Assembly: GCA_965198225.1 (NCBI GenBank)
Contig: CBDAOY010000008.1
Coordinates: 512,001-576,000 of the forward strand
DNA: 64,000 nucleotides
From: Terriglobia bacterium
GTDB lineage: Bacteria; Acidobacteriota; Terriglobia; 20CM-2-55-15
Direction of reading: 5' to 3'
The notes under the pieces: model-generated
What the model saw: only the letters and a program-made list of their open reading frames with translations
Told to the model about the DNA's origin: nothing
The model's database searches: none
Shown: positions 29,463-39,767 of the stretch, piece by piece
Position numbering within the stretch: the stretch's first letter is position 1
Layout: each line of letters begins with the position of its first letter
Made by a program: the position numbers and the translations under genes

Positions 29463-30857
29463 ATGACACCTCGCGCTCCAGAGCTGAACCCCGAGGGTGA
29501 AAACCGGCAGGACCGGTTCCGTTTCCTGACCGGCTTTCTGGAATGGGCCCACGTCGATCGGGCGGTCGGGTTCGCACTGCTTGCCAAGGCCTGGCAGGTT
29601 CTCGCGGCGCCCGTCACGATCCTGCTGATCACGGCATATCTCACACCGGAACTGCAGGGTTTCTATTACACCTTCTACAGCCTCCTGGCGCTACAGGCGT
29701 TCGTCGAACTGGGCCTGTACACCGTGATCATCGTGATCGCAAGCCACGAATGGGCCCACCTTGAGCTCGATTCCTCCGGCAGACTTGCCGGCGCCGCGGA
29801 CGCGATGTCGCGTCTCATCAGTCTCGGCCGGCTGGCCTTCAAGTGGTATGCGGTCGCCAGCGCGGGTCTCATGGTCGTGGTCGGAGCTGCCGGCTACCTG
29901 TTCTTGTCGAGGGCCTCGACTCCGGACATTGCATGGCAGGCTCCGTGGATCATCTTCGTCGCGATATCGGCTCTCCTGCTTTGGGCGCTCCCGTTCGTGT
30001 CGTTGCTGGAAGGTTGCAACCAACTCGTCACGATCAACAGGTTTCGCGTTTCGCAGGTCGTTCTGAGCAGCTGCGCCCTCTGGTTGACTCTGGCATTGGG
30101 CGGCGGTTTGTGGGCTGTGGTCGCGGCCGCTGCGACGAGCCTCATCCGTGACATCTATCTCCTGCTCGTCCAGTACCGCGCCTTCTTCAGGCCTTTTTTC
30201 GAGCCATCGTCGGGCTCGCGTGTCGACTGGAAGGGCGAAGTCTGGCCCCTGCAATGGAAGTTCGCCGTTTACAGCGTGATCGGCTACTTCAGCTCCTACC
30301 TCTATGGTCCGGTGATCTTCTACTACTATGGTCCTGCCGCGGCGGGCCGAATCGGGATGACGTGGACCCTTGTTTTGCACCTTACCGCGATTTCCTGGGC
30401 CTGGGTTTCTACCAAGGTGCCCCGGTTCGGCGTACTGATCGAGAGGAGAGACTATCCGACCCTGGATCGCCTCTTCTTCGTCACGACCGCCGTGACGACC
30501 GTCCTGATAACTGCTGGCGGGTTTGCGCTCTGGTTGCTGGTCGCGATCCTGGACCGGATGGGGCATCCGCTCGCCGAGCGTGTTCTGGAACCAACACCGA
30601 CTGCGTTGCTTGCCGCCGGGGCCGTCCTGATGCATGTCACCCGCTGCGAGTCTGCCTACATGCGAGCCCACAAGGAGGAACCCGGCTTCGTCTTCGCAGT
30701 CCTTTCTTACACCATGATCGGTGTGCTGGTGTGGCTGCTGGGCAGTCGGTACGGTCCGATCGGAGCCGTCCTGGCGTTCACTATGGTGCAGGGGGTCTTC
30801 GTCCTGGGATGGACTCTGATCTGGCACAAGAACCGCAAACGGTGGCGGGGGGTATGA
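29463..30857 (+). CDS. Wzx-like oligosaccharide flippase
   Basis: ~12 predicted TM segments, QGFYYTF..LQAFVELG; glycan locus context. Confidence 0.7.
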   Translation: MTPRAPELNPEGENRQDRFRFLTGFLEWAHVDRAVGFALLAKAWQVLAAPVTILLITAYLTPELQGFYYTFYSLLALQAFVELGLYTVIIVIASHEWAHLELDSSGRLAGAADAMSRLISLGRLAFKWYAVASAGLMVVVGAAGYLFLSRASTPDIAWQAPWIIFVAISALLLWALPFVSLLEGCNQLVTINRFRVSQVVLSSCALWLTLALGGGLWAVVAAAATSLIRDIYLLLVQYRAFFRPFFEPSSGSRVDWKGEVWPLQWKFAVYSVIGYFSSYLYGPVIFYYYGPAAAGRIGMTWTLVLHLTAISWAWVSTKVPRFGVLIERRDYPTLDRLFFVTTAVTTVLITAGGFALWLLVAILDRMGHPLAERVLEPTPTALLAAGAVLMHVTRCESAYMRAHKEEPGFVFAVLSYTMIGVLVWLLGSRYGPIGAVLAFTMVQGVFVLGWTLIWHKNRKRWRGV

Positions 30858-30885
30858 CTCCGGACGTTACGCAGGCTGATTTCTC

Positions 30886-30956
30886 AGACTTTTCTGCTTA
30901 GCCAACACCCGGGGACAGAGCCAGGCCCTGTCACCCTCACATTGGCTCTCTCGCGG
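30886..30956 (-). repeat. Family A palindromic element copy 2
   Basis: Reverse-complement match to 5373-5442. Confidence 0.85.
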
Positions 30957-31004
30957 TTCGTTTCGGTTCAACGGGGTTTCTAGCTACGCTAGTGGCCTGT
31001 ATGC

Positions 31005-32314
31005 GTGACAGAGATGCGTCGGCAGGAGAAGAGCACCCCGGTACTACATGTGACAGCTATGCTGTGGGACCCAAGGCGAATATCGCGGCGCAGTAGACCG
31101 ATCGCGGCGTTTACCGGTCATAGAACGCAACCCCCGCGACCGCACAGCGCGAACGTCAGGCCGCATTTGCCACAGTTCCGAGGGCGGGGCCGTTCATTCG
31201 TCCTGACAGTACTTCTGGCCATCGCGCCAGGCGGTCACGCCCAGTCGAACGAGTGCCCTACGCCCATCAACGGGGCCCTCCGGGGAGAAGCGGGCAACAT
31301 CCAGGATCACACGTTCCATTCGCTGGCGATCGATCCAACCGACCCGAACATCGTCTACGTCGGGACGGAGACCAGCGGCGTATTCAAGACGATCGACGGC
31401 GGCAGTTCGTGGACACGCCTTCGCGCCGGCCTGAAGTGCACGCCGAACAAGACCGGATACTCGCAAGTATTCGACGTCGTCCCCGATCCGGTGAACCCGC
31501 AGGTCCTGTACGCGGCCACCGTCAACGGGCCGGGTCCGGGAGACGACCCGTCGTTCCCCAGCGCTTCGGGTGGCGTTTACAAGAGCACGGCCGGCGGTGA
31601 ATCCTGGATCCAGAAAATCCAGGGCCTCGACAACACCTATGCGTCCTGGGTCCTGATCGACTCCACCAGCCCGAACCGGGTCTACACCGGCATCGGAGGC
31701 CTCCGTTCTTCGTTCAGCGGCTCGACGAATCAGTTCTATGAAGGTGGCATCTACAGCAGCGACGACGGCGGCGACACCTGGAGCACGCTGGCGCTGCCAG
31801 ACGGTGTTACCACGAACATCTTCGTCGACATGGCGCTTCGGGGCACCGGGCAGCGGACGCTGTATGCCTCCGCCCAGGTTCACGGAACCGATGCTCCCAC
31901 GGCGTACGGCCTGATCCGCACCCGGGATTCCGGTCAGACCTGGACCATCGTCAACCCGTCCGCGCAAACGAGCCCCTGGTCGTGCATGCCCGACTCGAAA
32001 CCGTTTACGCCCACGTAGCTCAGGACGCAAGCTACTTCACAGGGGTCGCGGTTATCAATCCCCACAGCCAGCCCGCGGAGGTGGTCGTGTCTGTGTTTGA
32101 GAGTTCGGGTGTGCAGGTCGGAGGCGGGACACGCTTGATCCTGGGCAACTCCAGAATCTCGGAGGTGCTCCCGCAGATCGACCCGGAGCTTTCAGCTATG
32201 AGTAGCGGCTACTTCACCGTGACGTCGGACCGACCGGTCCTGGGCTTTGCCGTGTTCGGGACGCACTCGCTTTCGGTTCTATCCGCAATCCCCTCGCAAG
32301 CCGCCTTGCCTTGA
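31005..32314 (+). pseudogene. Disrupted exported BNR/Asp-box (Vps10-like) propeller protein
   Basis: Asp boxes KTIDGGSSW, KSTAGGESW, SSDDGGDTW, RTRDSGQTW; a C-terminal domain (YAHVAQ..YFTGVAVINP) continues in another frame from ~31970; true start probably ~31167. Confidence 0.6.
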
Positions 32315-32418
32315 ATGCGCCAGCTCATCGGTCACTGAATCGAGAACGCATCTTCTCGGCACCGTTTTTCCCTCCCTCTGCGTGAGCCATCGGGCACGGT
32401 TCGTTAAGCAGAAACGAA

Positions 32419-32490
32419 CCGCAAAGGAGCCACTGTGAGGGGGACAGGGGCCTGGCCCTGTCCCCGGGTGTTTGCTAAGCAGAAACGTCT
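32419..32490 (+). repeat. Family A palindromic element copy 3
   Basis: ggggacagggg-cctgg-ccctgtcccc-gggtgtttgctaagcagaaa, with a partial tandem tail to ~32530. Confidence 0.85.
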
Positions 32491-32552
32491 GGGAACGATG
32501 GGCTCTCGGGTGTTTGCTCAAGCAGAAAACTTCGGGAACGAGGGTCCCGCTT

Positions 32553-33695
32553 TCAGACGTGGGAATGGGCGTGCATCACGGCGTCGACGATCGTGTCGAC
32601 CTGGCTCGGATCGAGCGACGCGTAGAGCGGCAGGGTCAGCTCACGGGCACCAAATTCTTCAGTCAGCGGCAGGCGGACCGCCGGGAAACGCCTCCGTATC
32701 GCACTGAGCTGATGGACGGGCCGGTAGTGGATGCTCGTCTGGATCCCCTGATCGCGTAGATCAGTTTCCATCTGGTTTCGTTCGTTCTCGCTCGACAGAA
32801 CGATCGGGTAGATGTGGTAGGCAGGGACGCTGTCGGGGTGGGCGGCTTGGAACGGAATCGCCCAGCCCGCGGGGGCGTTTCCGAAGCCCTCGTTATACCG
32901 GGAGGCCAGCCCAGCGCGCCTTCGGTTGATGTCGGGGAGCTTCCTCAACTGCGCCAGCCCCAAGGCGGCGCGGATGTCGTCGAATCGAAAGTTGAAGCCG
33001 ATCTCCACGACGTCGTAGTGCGCCGGACGACCCTTGTCGCGATCCCAGCTGTTGGTCGTCATGCCGTGGGATCGGAGAAGACGCAGCAGTTCGGCCAGTT
33101 CCGGATCGTTGGTTGTAACGACCCCTCCTTCGGCGGTGGTGATGTTCTTGTTGCCGAAAAGGCTGAAGCACCCGGCTGCACCGAAGCTGCCGCAGGGGCG
33201 CCCTCCGAAGGAAGCTCCGGGAGCGTGCGCCGCGTCCTCGACGATTCGCAGATTTCTGGAGGAAGCCAGGTCCATCAGGGCACCCATGTCGCACGGAACG
33301 CCGGCGTAGTGAACCGGCAGGATCGCCGCCGTGTTCGGGGTGACCTTTCTGGCCGCATCGGCCGGGTCGATCGTCGGCCGGTCCAGGCTGGTGATGTCGA
33401 CGAACACCGGTATCGCACCGCAGTGGAGAATTGCCGATGCCGTGGCAACGAACGTCAGGGAAGGGCAGAGAACTTCATCGCCGGGCCCGACGCCGATCGC
33501 CTTTAGAGCAAGGATGAGCGCTGCGGTGCCGTTCGACACCGCGACCGCTTCCCGGGTGCCGCAGAGTTCGGCGAAGGCCCGCTCGAACGCCTGTGTTCTC
33601 GGACCGGACGTAATCCAGTTCGACTCGATGGCTTCGATCGCGCCGGCCAGCTCGTCGCCGTCAAACTCTAGTTCCGACAGTCTCGCGTTCCACAT
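32553..33695 (-). CDS. DegT/DnrJ/EryC1/StrS sugar aminotransferase
   Basis: SNGTAAL, VEDAAHA, FSLFGNKNITTAEGG (PLP Lys). Confidence 0.93.
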   Translation of the reverse strand: MWNARLSELEFDGDELAGAIEAIESNWITSGPRTQAFERAFAELCGTREAVAVSNGTAALILALKAIGVGPGDEVLCPSLTFVATASAILHCGAIPVFVDITSLDRPTIDPADAARKVTPNTAAILPVHYAGVPCDMGALMDLASSRNLRIVEDAAHAPGASFGGRPCGSFGAAGCFSLFGNKNITTAEGGVVTTNDPELAELLRLLRSHGMTTNSWDRDKGRPAHYDVVEIGFNFRFDDIRAALGLAQLRKLPDINRRRAGLASRYNEGFGNAPAGWAIPFQAAHPDSVPAYHIYPIVLSSENERNQMETDLRDQGIQTSIHYRPVHQLSAIRRRFPAVRLPLTEEFGARELTLPLYASLDPSQVDTIVDAVMHAHSHV

Positions 33696-34440
33696 CGGGA
33701 TTCAGGAAGGACTGCTCTCGAAGAGGAAAGTCCTCATTGGCCTGTTCGTAGTCCTCGGGGCGTCCGACATCCATCCAATATGAGTCGGCCTCGTACCCCA
33801 CGACATGCGCTCCGTGATCCAGGAGTCGCTGCAGGAGATCGGGAAAGTCGAACCGTGCCGCCTTCGGTATGAAGTCCAGCGCGCGGGGTGCGAACACATA
33901 AATCCCCATGCTTACCAGGTAGTCGCGATCCGGTTTCTCGCGGAATTCGAGGATCTGCCCGTCGGCGCCGGCCTCGATGACTCCGAAGTCCACCGTTTCC
34001 CTCCGGCGGGTCATTCCCACCGTCGCCGTCGCCGTCTTTTCGTAGTGGAAGCGAACGATCTGCCCGAAGTCGACGTCGGTCAACAGGTCGCCGTTGAGGA
34101 CGAGGACACTTCGATCGGTGCGAGGCAGCCGAGCGAGAGGGCCTGCCGTACCCAATGGGGTGGTTTCGTAGGAGTAGCTCAGGTCCAGGCCGAGTTCCTC
34201 GCCGTCCTTGAAATAGGCCTGAATCAGTCCCGACAGATGCCCGACCGCCAGAGTGACATCCCGGAACCCGTAGGCGGCCAGCTGCCGAAGCAGTATCTCC
34301 AGAATGGGGTAATTCCCGACCGGCATGAGTGGTTTCGGAAGCGCGGTGGTGTAGGGCAGCAATCGGGTGCCTCTACCGCCGGCAAGAACCACGACGGGTG
34401 TCTGCTCACAAAGTATGGACATGGAAGATCGATGTTTCAT
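33661..34440 (-). CDS. Sugar-phosphate nucleotidyltransferase
   Basis: LAGGRGTRLLPYT..PKPL, PLGTAG, LNGD, YWMDVG; start may be 34422. Confidence 0.9.
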   Translation of the reverse strand: MKHRSSMSILCEQTPVVVLAGGRGTRLLPYTTALPKPLMPVGNYPILEILLRQLAAYGFRDVTLAVGHLSGLIQAYFKDGEELGLDLSYSYETTPLGTAGPLARLPRTDRSVLVLNGDLLTDVDFGQIVRFHYEKTATATVGMTRRRETVDFGVIEAGADGQILEFREKPDRDYLVSMGIYVFAPRALDFIPKAARFDFPDLLQRLLDHGAHVVGYEADSYWMDVGRPEDYEQANEDFPLREQSFLNPDVERETVGTRV

Positions 34441-34830
34441 TGGACCTTATTGCGCACGGGTTTATACGGTTCCAGTGCCAACTTCCGGACATCTATTCAA
34501 ACTATTGGCACCCCAAGACGCCCATCTTCGGCAAGATGAGCGCCGAAATCGCGTGTTACCTACGGCTTGGGTTGCAGGAAAGCGTTCTCTCGCGAACTAC
34601 AGAACCGACTTTCAGTGTGGTCAAGGCAACCATCGTGCCAAAGGTCGGGCGGTGTCAGCAGCCAGCGTTCAGCCTTCAGGTACCTCGAAAACGGGACGAT
34701 AGTCCCATCAGATTACGGATTGAGCGGATTAGGTGGATTCAACGGATATTCGAGCGAAATGGAATCTGTCAAATCCGATAAGTCCGGGGCACCCCGATTG
34801 AGCCGATAGCATTGTTACGGTCACTGGCGT

Positions 34831-36492
34831 CTAATTGGATTGTTCCGCCAGCCGGGCTTCGATCAGGCGGCGTATCGCGGTGGCCTGGCGGTTGTACGGA
34901 TGCAGTGCTTGCGCGGTCTCGATCTCGATCAACGCCTCATCCAGTTGGCCTGCGCTAGCGAGGCTCAACCCGAGGCCGACGTGGGGACCGACCTTGTTCG
35001 GACTCAATCGGACCGCGCGCGAGAAGTGTTCCCTCGCGCGCTCCAGATCCGCAGGGTTTCGCCCCTTCTGATACAGCTCCAGAGCGACCTGTCCTGCTTC
35101 GTGCAGGATGCTCGAGTTCCACGGGTTCACTCGGAGTGCCCCTTCCAGGGTGGCTGCAGCCTCTTCGGTCTTCAGTTCTGCGATCTCACTCTGGGCGCGG
35201 TACAGGAGTTCGCCCGAGATGTAGATGAGTGCTGAGGACACGATCACGACGAGGATGATCACGCCGAGTGCCCAGGCGAGTCCTCCCCGCATGCCCGGCG
35301 CCGAAAAGGCCGAACTGCGTCCCGGCGCTTTCGGCGTCCAGACCAGCAACGCCAGCACCGCTACGCCAACCGTGCCGATACTTGCGAAATAGACGTCGAT
35401 GTCGACAAGGTTGTGGACTATCCAGACCAACAGCGCCAGTACGAGATGGGGACGCCGCCCCCACGTCCCGAACAGGGTCTTTCGGTGGCGGGTGATGTAC
35501 AGTCCCAGGGCTATCGCCGCGACGAGGGAAAAGATCCCGAGCTCGGCCAGGAGTTGCACCGGGGTGTTGTGGGCGAACTGCGTTTCGTTGGCTCCCGGTT
35601 GCTGATGTTGCAGGTACAGGACTGCGTACGTGTTCAGACCGCTTCCCAACGGGTGCGAAGCGAAGATCTCCCAGCCGCTCAGCCAGTTTTGCAACCGGAG
35701 CGAGAACGGATTGTAGTTGCCGGGTCGTGCCAGGTAGATTCCACCGCCCAGCAGCCCCGTCAATACGATCGCCACGATGGCCTGCCTCCAGCGTCGCGAT
35801 CCGGAGCGCATGAACATCCAGCCGAGTGCCAGAACCAGCAACCCGAGTGCAGCGCCGTAGGAGCGGGTGAAGACCGTCGCAACCAGAAGCATCCCTACGC
35901 TTCCGACTAACGCCAGGTTCGTGATAGGCCGGCCCGGTCGCCATAGAGCTGCATGCAGGGGCAGGGTGAGAAGAAGGAAGCCCCACAGAGTGCCCGGCAG
36001 GGCGAACGTCGAGTAGACCCGGGCGCTCGCGATCCGTTCGAGCATGGGAACTCGGACGGCGTCTGAGGTGCCCGAGTAGAAGACATAGCTGTACATCTGC
36101 TCCATTCCCCAGAAGAACTGGTAGATCGCGAACGCCGACACGCCCGCCGCGAGCACGACGAGGACCGCGCTCGTCTGCAGTCGGGAATCATAGGGGGAGT
36201 AGACGATGGAGCCGAACAGGCAGTAGTACGCCCAGGCCAGGCCCAGGAACTCCACAGATCGGTAGAAGTCGACAGACATCCAAACCGAATGCCACGAGAG
36301 GAAGGCTGCGCCGGCGAATCCCGCAATCAGGAATCCGGCAGGGACTTCACCCTTGAGCACCAGAATCAGGAACGCAAAACTGGAGGCCAGGATCAGGATC
36401 ATGCGGCCGGAACCGAAAGCTTCCGGCGGCGCCAGGATCACCGCGATCAGAGCCCCGAACACGAGCAGTTGTGCGATTTTCCTGTGATCCAA
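34831..36492 (-). CDS. O-antigen ligase (Wzy_C) family protein with C-terminal TPRs
   Basis: Multi-TM, RVYSTF, TRSYG, PLGSG, AHNTPVQLLAELG; TPR-like helices. Confidence 0.82.
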   Translation of the reverse strand: MDHRKIAQLLVFGALIAVILAPPEAFGSGRMILILASSFAFLILVLKGEVPAGFLIAGFAGAAFLSWHSVWMSVDFYRSVEFLGLAWAYYCLFGSIVYSPYDSRLQTSAVLVVLAAGVSAFAIYQFFWGMEQMYSYVFYSGTSDAVRVPMLERIASARVYSTFALPGTLWGFLLLTLPLHAALWRPGRPITNLALVGSVGMLLVATVFTRSYGAALGLLVLALGWMFMRSGSRRWRQAIVAIVLTGLLGGGIYLARPGNYNPFSLRLQNWLSGWEIFASHPLGSGLNTYAVLYLQHQQPGANETQFAHNTPVQLLAELGIFSLVAAIALGLYITRHRKTLFGTWGRRPHLVLALLVWIVHNLVDIDVYFASIGTVGVAVLALLVWTPKAPGRSSAFSAPGMRGGLAWALGVIILVVIVSSALIYISGELLYRAQSEIAELKTEEAAATLEGALRVNPWNSSILHEAGQVALELYQKGRNPADLERAREHFSRAVRLSPNKVGPHVGLGLSLASAGQLDEALIEIETAQALHPYNRQATAIRRLIEARLAEQSN

Positions 36493-36496
36493 GGGT

Positions 36497-38392
36497 CTAT
36501 TCCTCGACCGGTTGCCTTCCTGCGGGTCGTCCGAGGATCAGAGCCTCGTAGTCGGTCAGGTGTTCGACTCCGCGGTACCGTGCGTCGATTTGTTCGATCT
36601 CATCCAGAAATGACCGACTGAGCTCCAGATTCCCCTCTTCGGCTGCCCAGTCAGCCATTCGTTGGTGAGCGCCGATGTAGTTCGGTTCCAACTCGATGGT
36701 CCGCCTCAGCTCGGCGTAAGCCTCCTCGGCCCTGCCTGTCCGACGAAGCGCCTCCGCGAGGTTCATTCTTGCCTGCGGCAGGAAAGGATCCAGATCCAGA
36801 ACGGCTCGGTTGGCGTCGATCAGTTTGCGGTGGAGGCGCCGCTCCGGCCCGCCCGCTCCGGTTAGCCGGAGGATCAGCGTTTGAGAGATTTCCTGGCGCG
36901 GCGCCAGCCATTGTGGATTGGCCGCCGCGGCCCGATGGAAGAACGTGTCTGCGACGTTCAGAAGGTGCTCGTCGTTGGTATCCCTGAACCGGTCTTTGTA
37001 GACCCTACCCACGTTCGTCAGCAGCACGGAATCGTCGGGCCGCAGGGCGAGGGCGAAGCGGTGGGCTTGTTCGGCGGCATAGAGGTCTCCCTCCGCTCGC
37101 TGCCGATGACCCAGGCTGTCGGAGTAGTAGGCAACACCCGGAACCAGGCTCGACTGGACAAAGAGCACGGCGAGGACGATCCCGGCCAGAACTTTCATCT
37201 CGACTGCATCAGGCCAGCCGATGGCCGTCATCCTCTTCAGGGGACCGCTCGCCAGCGAAACGGTTGCCAGTGCGGCGATGGCGACCGGCGCCTGGAAGTT
37301 ATTGTCGACCGCGGCATGGAGACACAGCCCAGCCATCGTCAACAGCGCCGCGCGCTCGAGAAACATGGCTTCCGGGGGCACGGTCCGAGGGCGGGCGACG
37401 GCGAGGAAGAAATAGGCCAACAGCGCGATCAACACGAGCGTTGCCGGAATGCCGATCTCCGCCGCGTAGTGCAGGTACTCCGAGTGAGCAATCGAGGCCC
37501 TCTTCATAAACCGACCTATCGCGTTTTCGGTCGGGAATCGGTGTCTCCGCGCGGCGTCTTCGTAACGCGACAGCCCTACGCCGAGTACAGGGTTTTCAGT
37601 GATCATCTCGGCCGTACTCATCCAGATGCTGCTGCGCTGGTAATTGTACGGGTCCACCTCGCCCCGATCGGTGAACTTGCCGACCAGACCGGGATTGGAA
37701 ACTGCGACGACAATCAGCCCGGCAGCGATCACCGCGGCACCGACCAGTGCCGACCTGCGGGGGATCACCCAGAGCGCGACGGCTCCGACGCCGACCGCTG
37801 CCAGGGTTGCCCCGCGCGACAACGTTTCCGTGATCCCGTAAAAGAGCAACAGTGCGCTGCCACCGGCCGCCAGGCGCCAGAAGATGTTCTTATGGGAAGC
37901 CGCTATGGCTGCGGCTGCGGCAAGTCCGACCAGGAGATAGGAGGCCAGGTGGTTCTCATTGACGAAACTCCCGCGTAGAGGCCGAGTGCCCGACAGCAGA
38001 GCGAGCGTTAAATGAGCCAGCGTCGCCCCGATAATTACGACGAGCAGCCGGCCCCTCCATGCCGCCGACTGGCGGGCCGCGAATCGCGCCATCGCGAAGA
38101 AGAACAACGCGAAGACGACGTGTTCGTACCAGATCGTGGCTCCGTTGACGTTTCGCCCCGGGCTGGCCCACACCGATATGGCCATCAGGGCCAGTAGCGC
38201 ACCGATCATCAGATAGACCACTCGGGGAAAGTCCGGCGCCACCTCCCGCTTTCGAACGTCCCAGACCGAGAGAGCGACGAGGCCAAACAGGAGAACGCGA
38301 TACAGCAGAAAACTTGCCGGTTCGGTGCCTTCCTGCCCGAGAGGGATGCCGGCAACGAGCAAACCCGCTCCTGCCAGCATCAAGCGATCCAT
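36497..38392 (-). CDS. O-antigen ligase (Wzy_C) family protein with C-terminal TPRs (start uncertain)
   Basis: GSFVNENHLA, TLSRG, PVLGVG, AHSEYLHYAAEIG; TPR-like helices. Confidence 0.82.
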   Translation of the reverse strand: MDRLMLAGAGLLVAGIPLGQEGTEPASFLLYRVLLFGLVALSVWDVRKREVAPDFPRVVYLMIGALLALMAISVWASPGRNVNGATIWYEHVVFALFFFAMARFAARQSAAWRGRLLVVIIGATLAHLTLALLSGTRPLRGSFVNENHLASYLLVGLAAAAAIAASHKNIFWRLAAGGSALLLFYGITETLSRGATLAAVGVGAVALWVIPRRSALVGAAVIAAGLIVVAVSNPGLVGKFTDRGEVDPYNYQRSSIWMSTAEMITENPVLGVGLSRYEDAARRHRFPTENAIGRFMKRASIAHSEYLHYAAEIGIPATLVLIALLAYFFLAVARPRTVPPEAMFLERAALLTMAGLCLHAAVDNNFQAPVAIAALATVSLASGPLKRMTAIGWPDAVEMKVLAGIVLAVLFVQSSLVPGVAYYSDSLGHRQRAEGDLYAAEQAHRFALALRPDDSVLLTNVGRVYKDRFRDTNDEHLLNVADTFFHRAAAANPQWLAPRQEISQTLILRLTGAGGPERRLHRKLIDANRAVLDLDPFLPQARMNLAEALRRTGRAEEAYAELRRTIELEPNYIGAHQRMADWAAEEGNLELSRSFLDEIEQIDARYRGVEHLTDYEALILGRPAGRQPVEE

Positions 38393-38497
38393 GTAAGGAT
38401 CAATATATCTAGCACTTAAAGGCAGTTGTTTCATCTTTTGATCGAAAGTCCTGTCCGTCCGTCGATTCCTGTCTGACGCCAAGTGCTGAGACGCTGC

Positions 38498-38516
38498 TTG
38501 TCAGCAAAACTGACAA
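38498..38516. promoter_or_regulatory. Candidate enhancer (bEBP/PilR) site
   Basis: Palindrome TTGTCAG-caaaa-CTGACAA about 65-80 bp upstream of the -24/-12 element. Confidence 0.55.
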
Positions 38517-38578
38517 ATTCTGTCACTTCAACGCGGCGTCACGGACGACAAATGGTTCGTTCCTCTCGTTTGGGCCAT

Positions 38579-38595
38579 CTGGACTCGCAATTGCA
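38579..38595 (+). promoter_or_regulatory. Candidate sigma54 (-24/-12) promoter for the pilins
   Basis: CTGGactcgcaaTTGCA, GG-N10-GC spacing. Confidence 0.55.
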
Positions 38596-38787
38596 ATGCC
38601 ACCGAACGGGTTTAATGCAAGGGTATAACCGCGCCATAGCTTCTACCAAGTGGAACCGACGTCGTAACGTCCTATGGGCGCATGAATAGTTGACAGTATT
38701 GTGTCGTCTTTGTAGCATGCATCCAATCGATTGATTTCATTGGTTGATCAACAGGTTGTAGGACGACCTCAGGGAGGATAATTACAG

Positions 38788-39207
38788 ATGAAGAAGAACC
38801 GTGGCTTTTCGCTTTTGGAGCTCTTGATCGTGGTTGCGATCATTCTGATCATCGCGACCATTGCCATACCGAGTTTGCTCCGTTCCAGACAGGCCGCCAA
38901 TGAGTCCGGTGCAGTCGCTAACCTCCGGACGATCAACACCGCGCAGGTGACGTACATGTCCTCCTCCGGCGGGAGCTACGGCAGTATTGCCGGCCTGCTC
39001 GCCGAGGGTCTGCTCGACACCCGCTTCAACGCCACCGTCGGCGGGTACGACTACGCTATCACTCTGTCGCAGAGCAACACGAACTACGATGCGACGGCGA
39101 CTCCGGCATCCACGAACACCGGGAGGTTTGGTTACTACAGCGGTCCCGATGGCGTTGTACGGTTTTCGAGTGGAACGGGCGTGACCGTCGGCGCACCGGT
39201 GCAATAG
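38788..39207 (+). CDS. pilA: Type IV major pilin
   Basis: Class III signal MKKNRG/FSLLE (E5); strong RBS GGGAGG; no cysteines. Confidence 0.88.
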   Translation: MKKNRGFSLLELLIVVAIILIIATIAIPSLLRSRQAANESGAVANLRTINTAQVTYMSSSGGSYGSIAGLLAEGLLDTRFNATVGGYDYAITLSQSNTNYDATATPASTNTGRFGYYSGPDGVVRFSSGTGVTVGAPVQ

Positions 39208-39230
39208 AAGCTCGAGTCTTTCCAGTTTCC

Positions 39231-39265
39231 AGGAGCCCCCGCTTCGCCGAGGAGCGAGGGCTCCT
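39231..39265 (+). terminator. GC-rich hairpin between the two pilins
   Basis: aggagccc...gggctcct stem; no U-tract. Confidence 0.4.
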
Positions 39266-39320
39266 CTGACTCCGCGCTCGTACTCTGCGGACGAACTGTA
39301 TCCGGGGCCGGCTGCATCTT

Positions 39321-39767
39321 ATGAGACTCTCTTCGAACACCCCTCGAGGCTTCTCGCTTCTCGAACTGCTGATCGTCGTCGCGATCATCCTCATCATCGC
39401 GACGATCGCCGTTCCGAGCCTGCTGCGTTCGCGACAGGCCGCGAATGAGTCCGCCGCCGCGGCGAACATGAAATCCATCAACATCGCACAGAATGCCTAC
39501 ATGGCGACCTGGCATGTGTTCGCTACCATGACCCAGCTGGTCGGCGACGGATTGCTCGACACCCGCTTCCAGGGCAATCTTTCCGGCTACCAGTTCGGAA
39601 TTGCAGTCACAGGCAACCAGATGGACTACACCGCGACAGCGACTGCGGTAAACACCACAACGGGCCGGTTTGACTATTACTCGGCCACCGATTTCGTCGT
39701 GCGTTACACAACCCTGGCCGGCCGCGCTCCGTCCGGCATGGCGGGTTTGCCCGTTGTCGGGCAATAG
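39321..39767 (+). CDS. Second type IV pilin paralog
   Basis: PRG/FSLLELLIVVAIILIIATIAVPSLLRSRQAANES nearly identical to the first pilin. Confidence 0.88.
   Translation: MRLSSNTPRGFSLLELLIVVAIILIIATIAVPSLLRSRQAANESAAAANMKSINIAQNAYMATWHVFATMTQLVGDGLLDTRFQGNLSGYQFGIAVTGNQMDYTATATAVNTTTGRFDYYSATDFVVRYTTLAGRAPSGMAGLPVVGQ

Noticed and set aside
38788-39767. Electrically conductive (e-pili) pilins
   Set aside because: No aromatic residues between F1 and about position 50 of the mature pilins, unlike Geobacter-type e-pilins.
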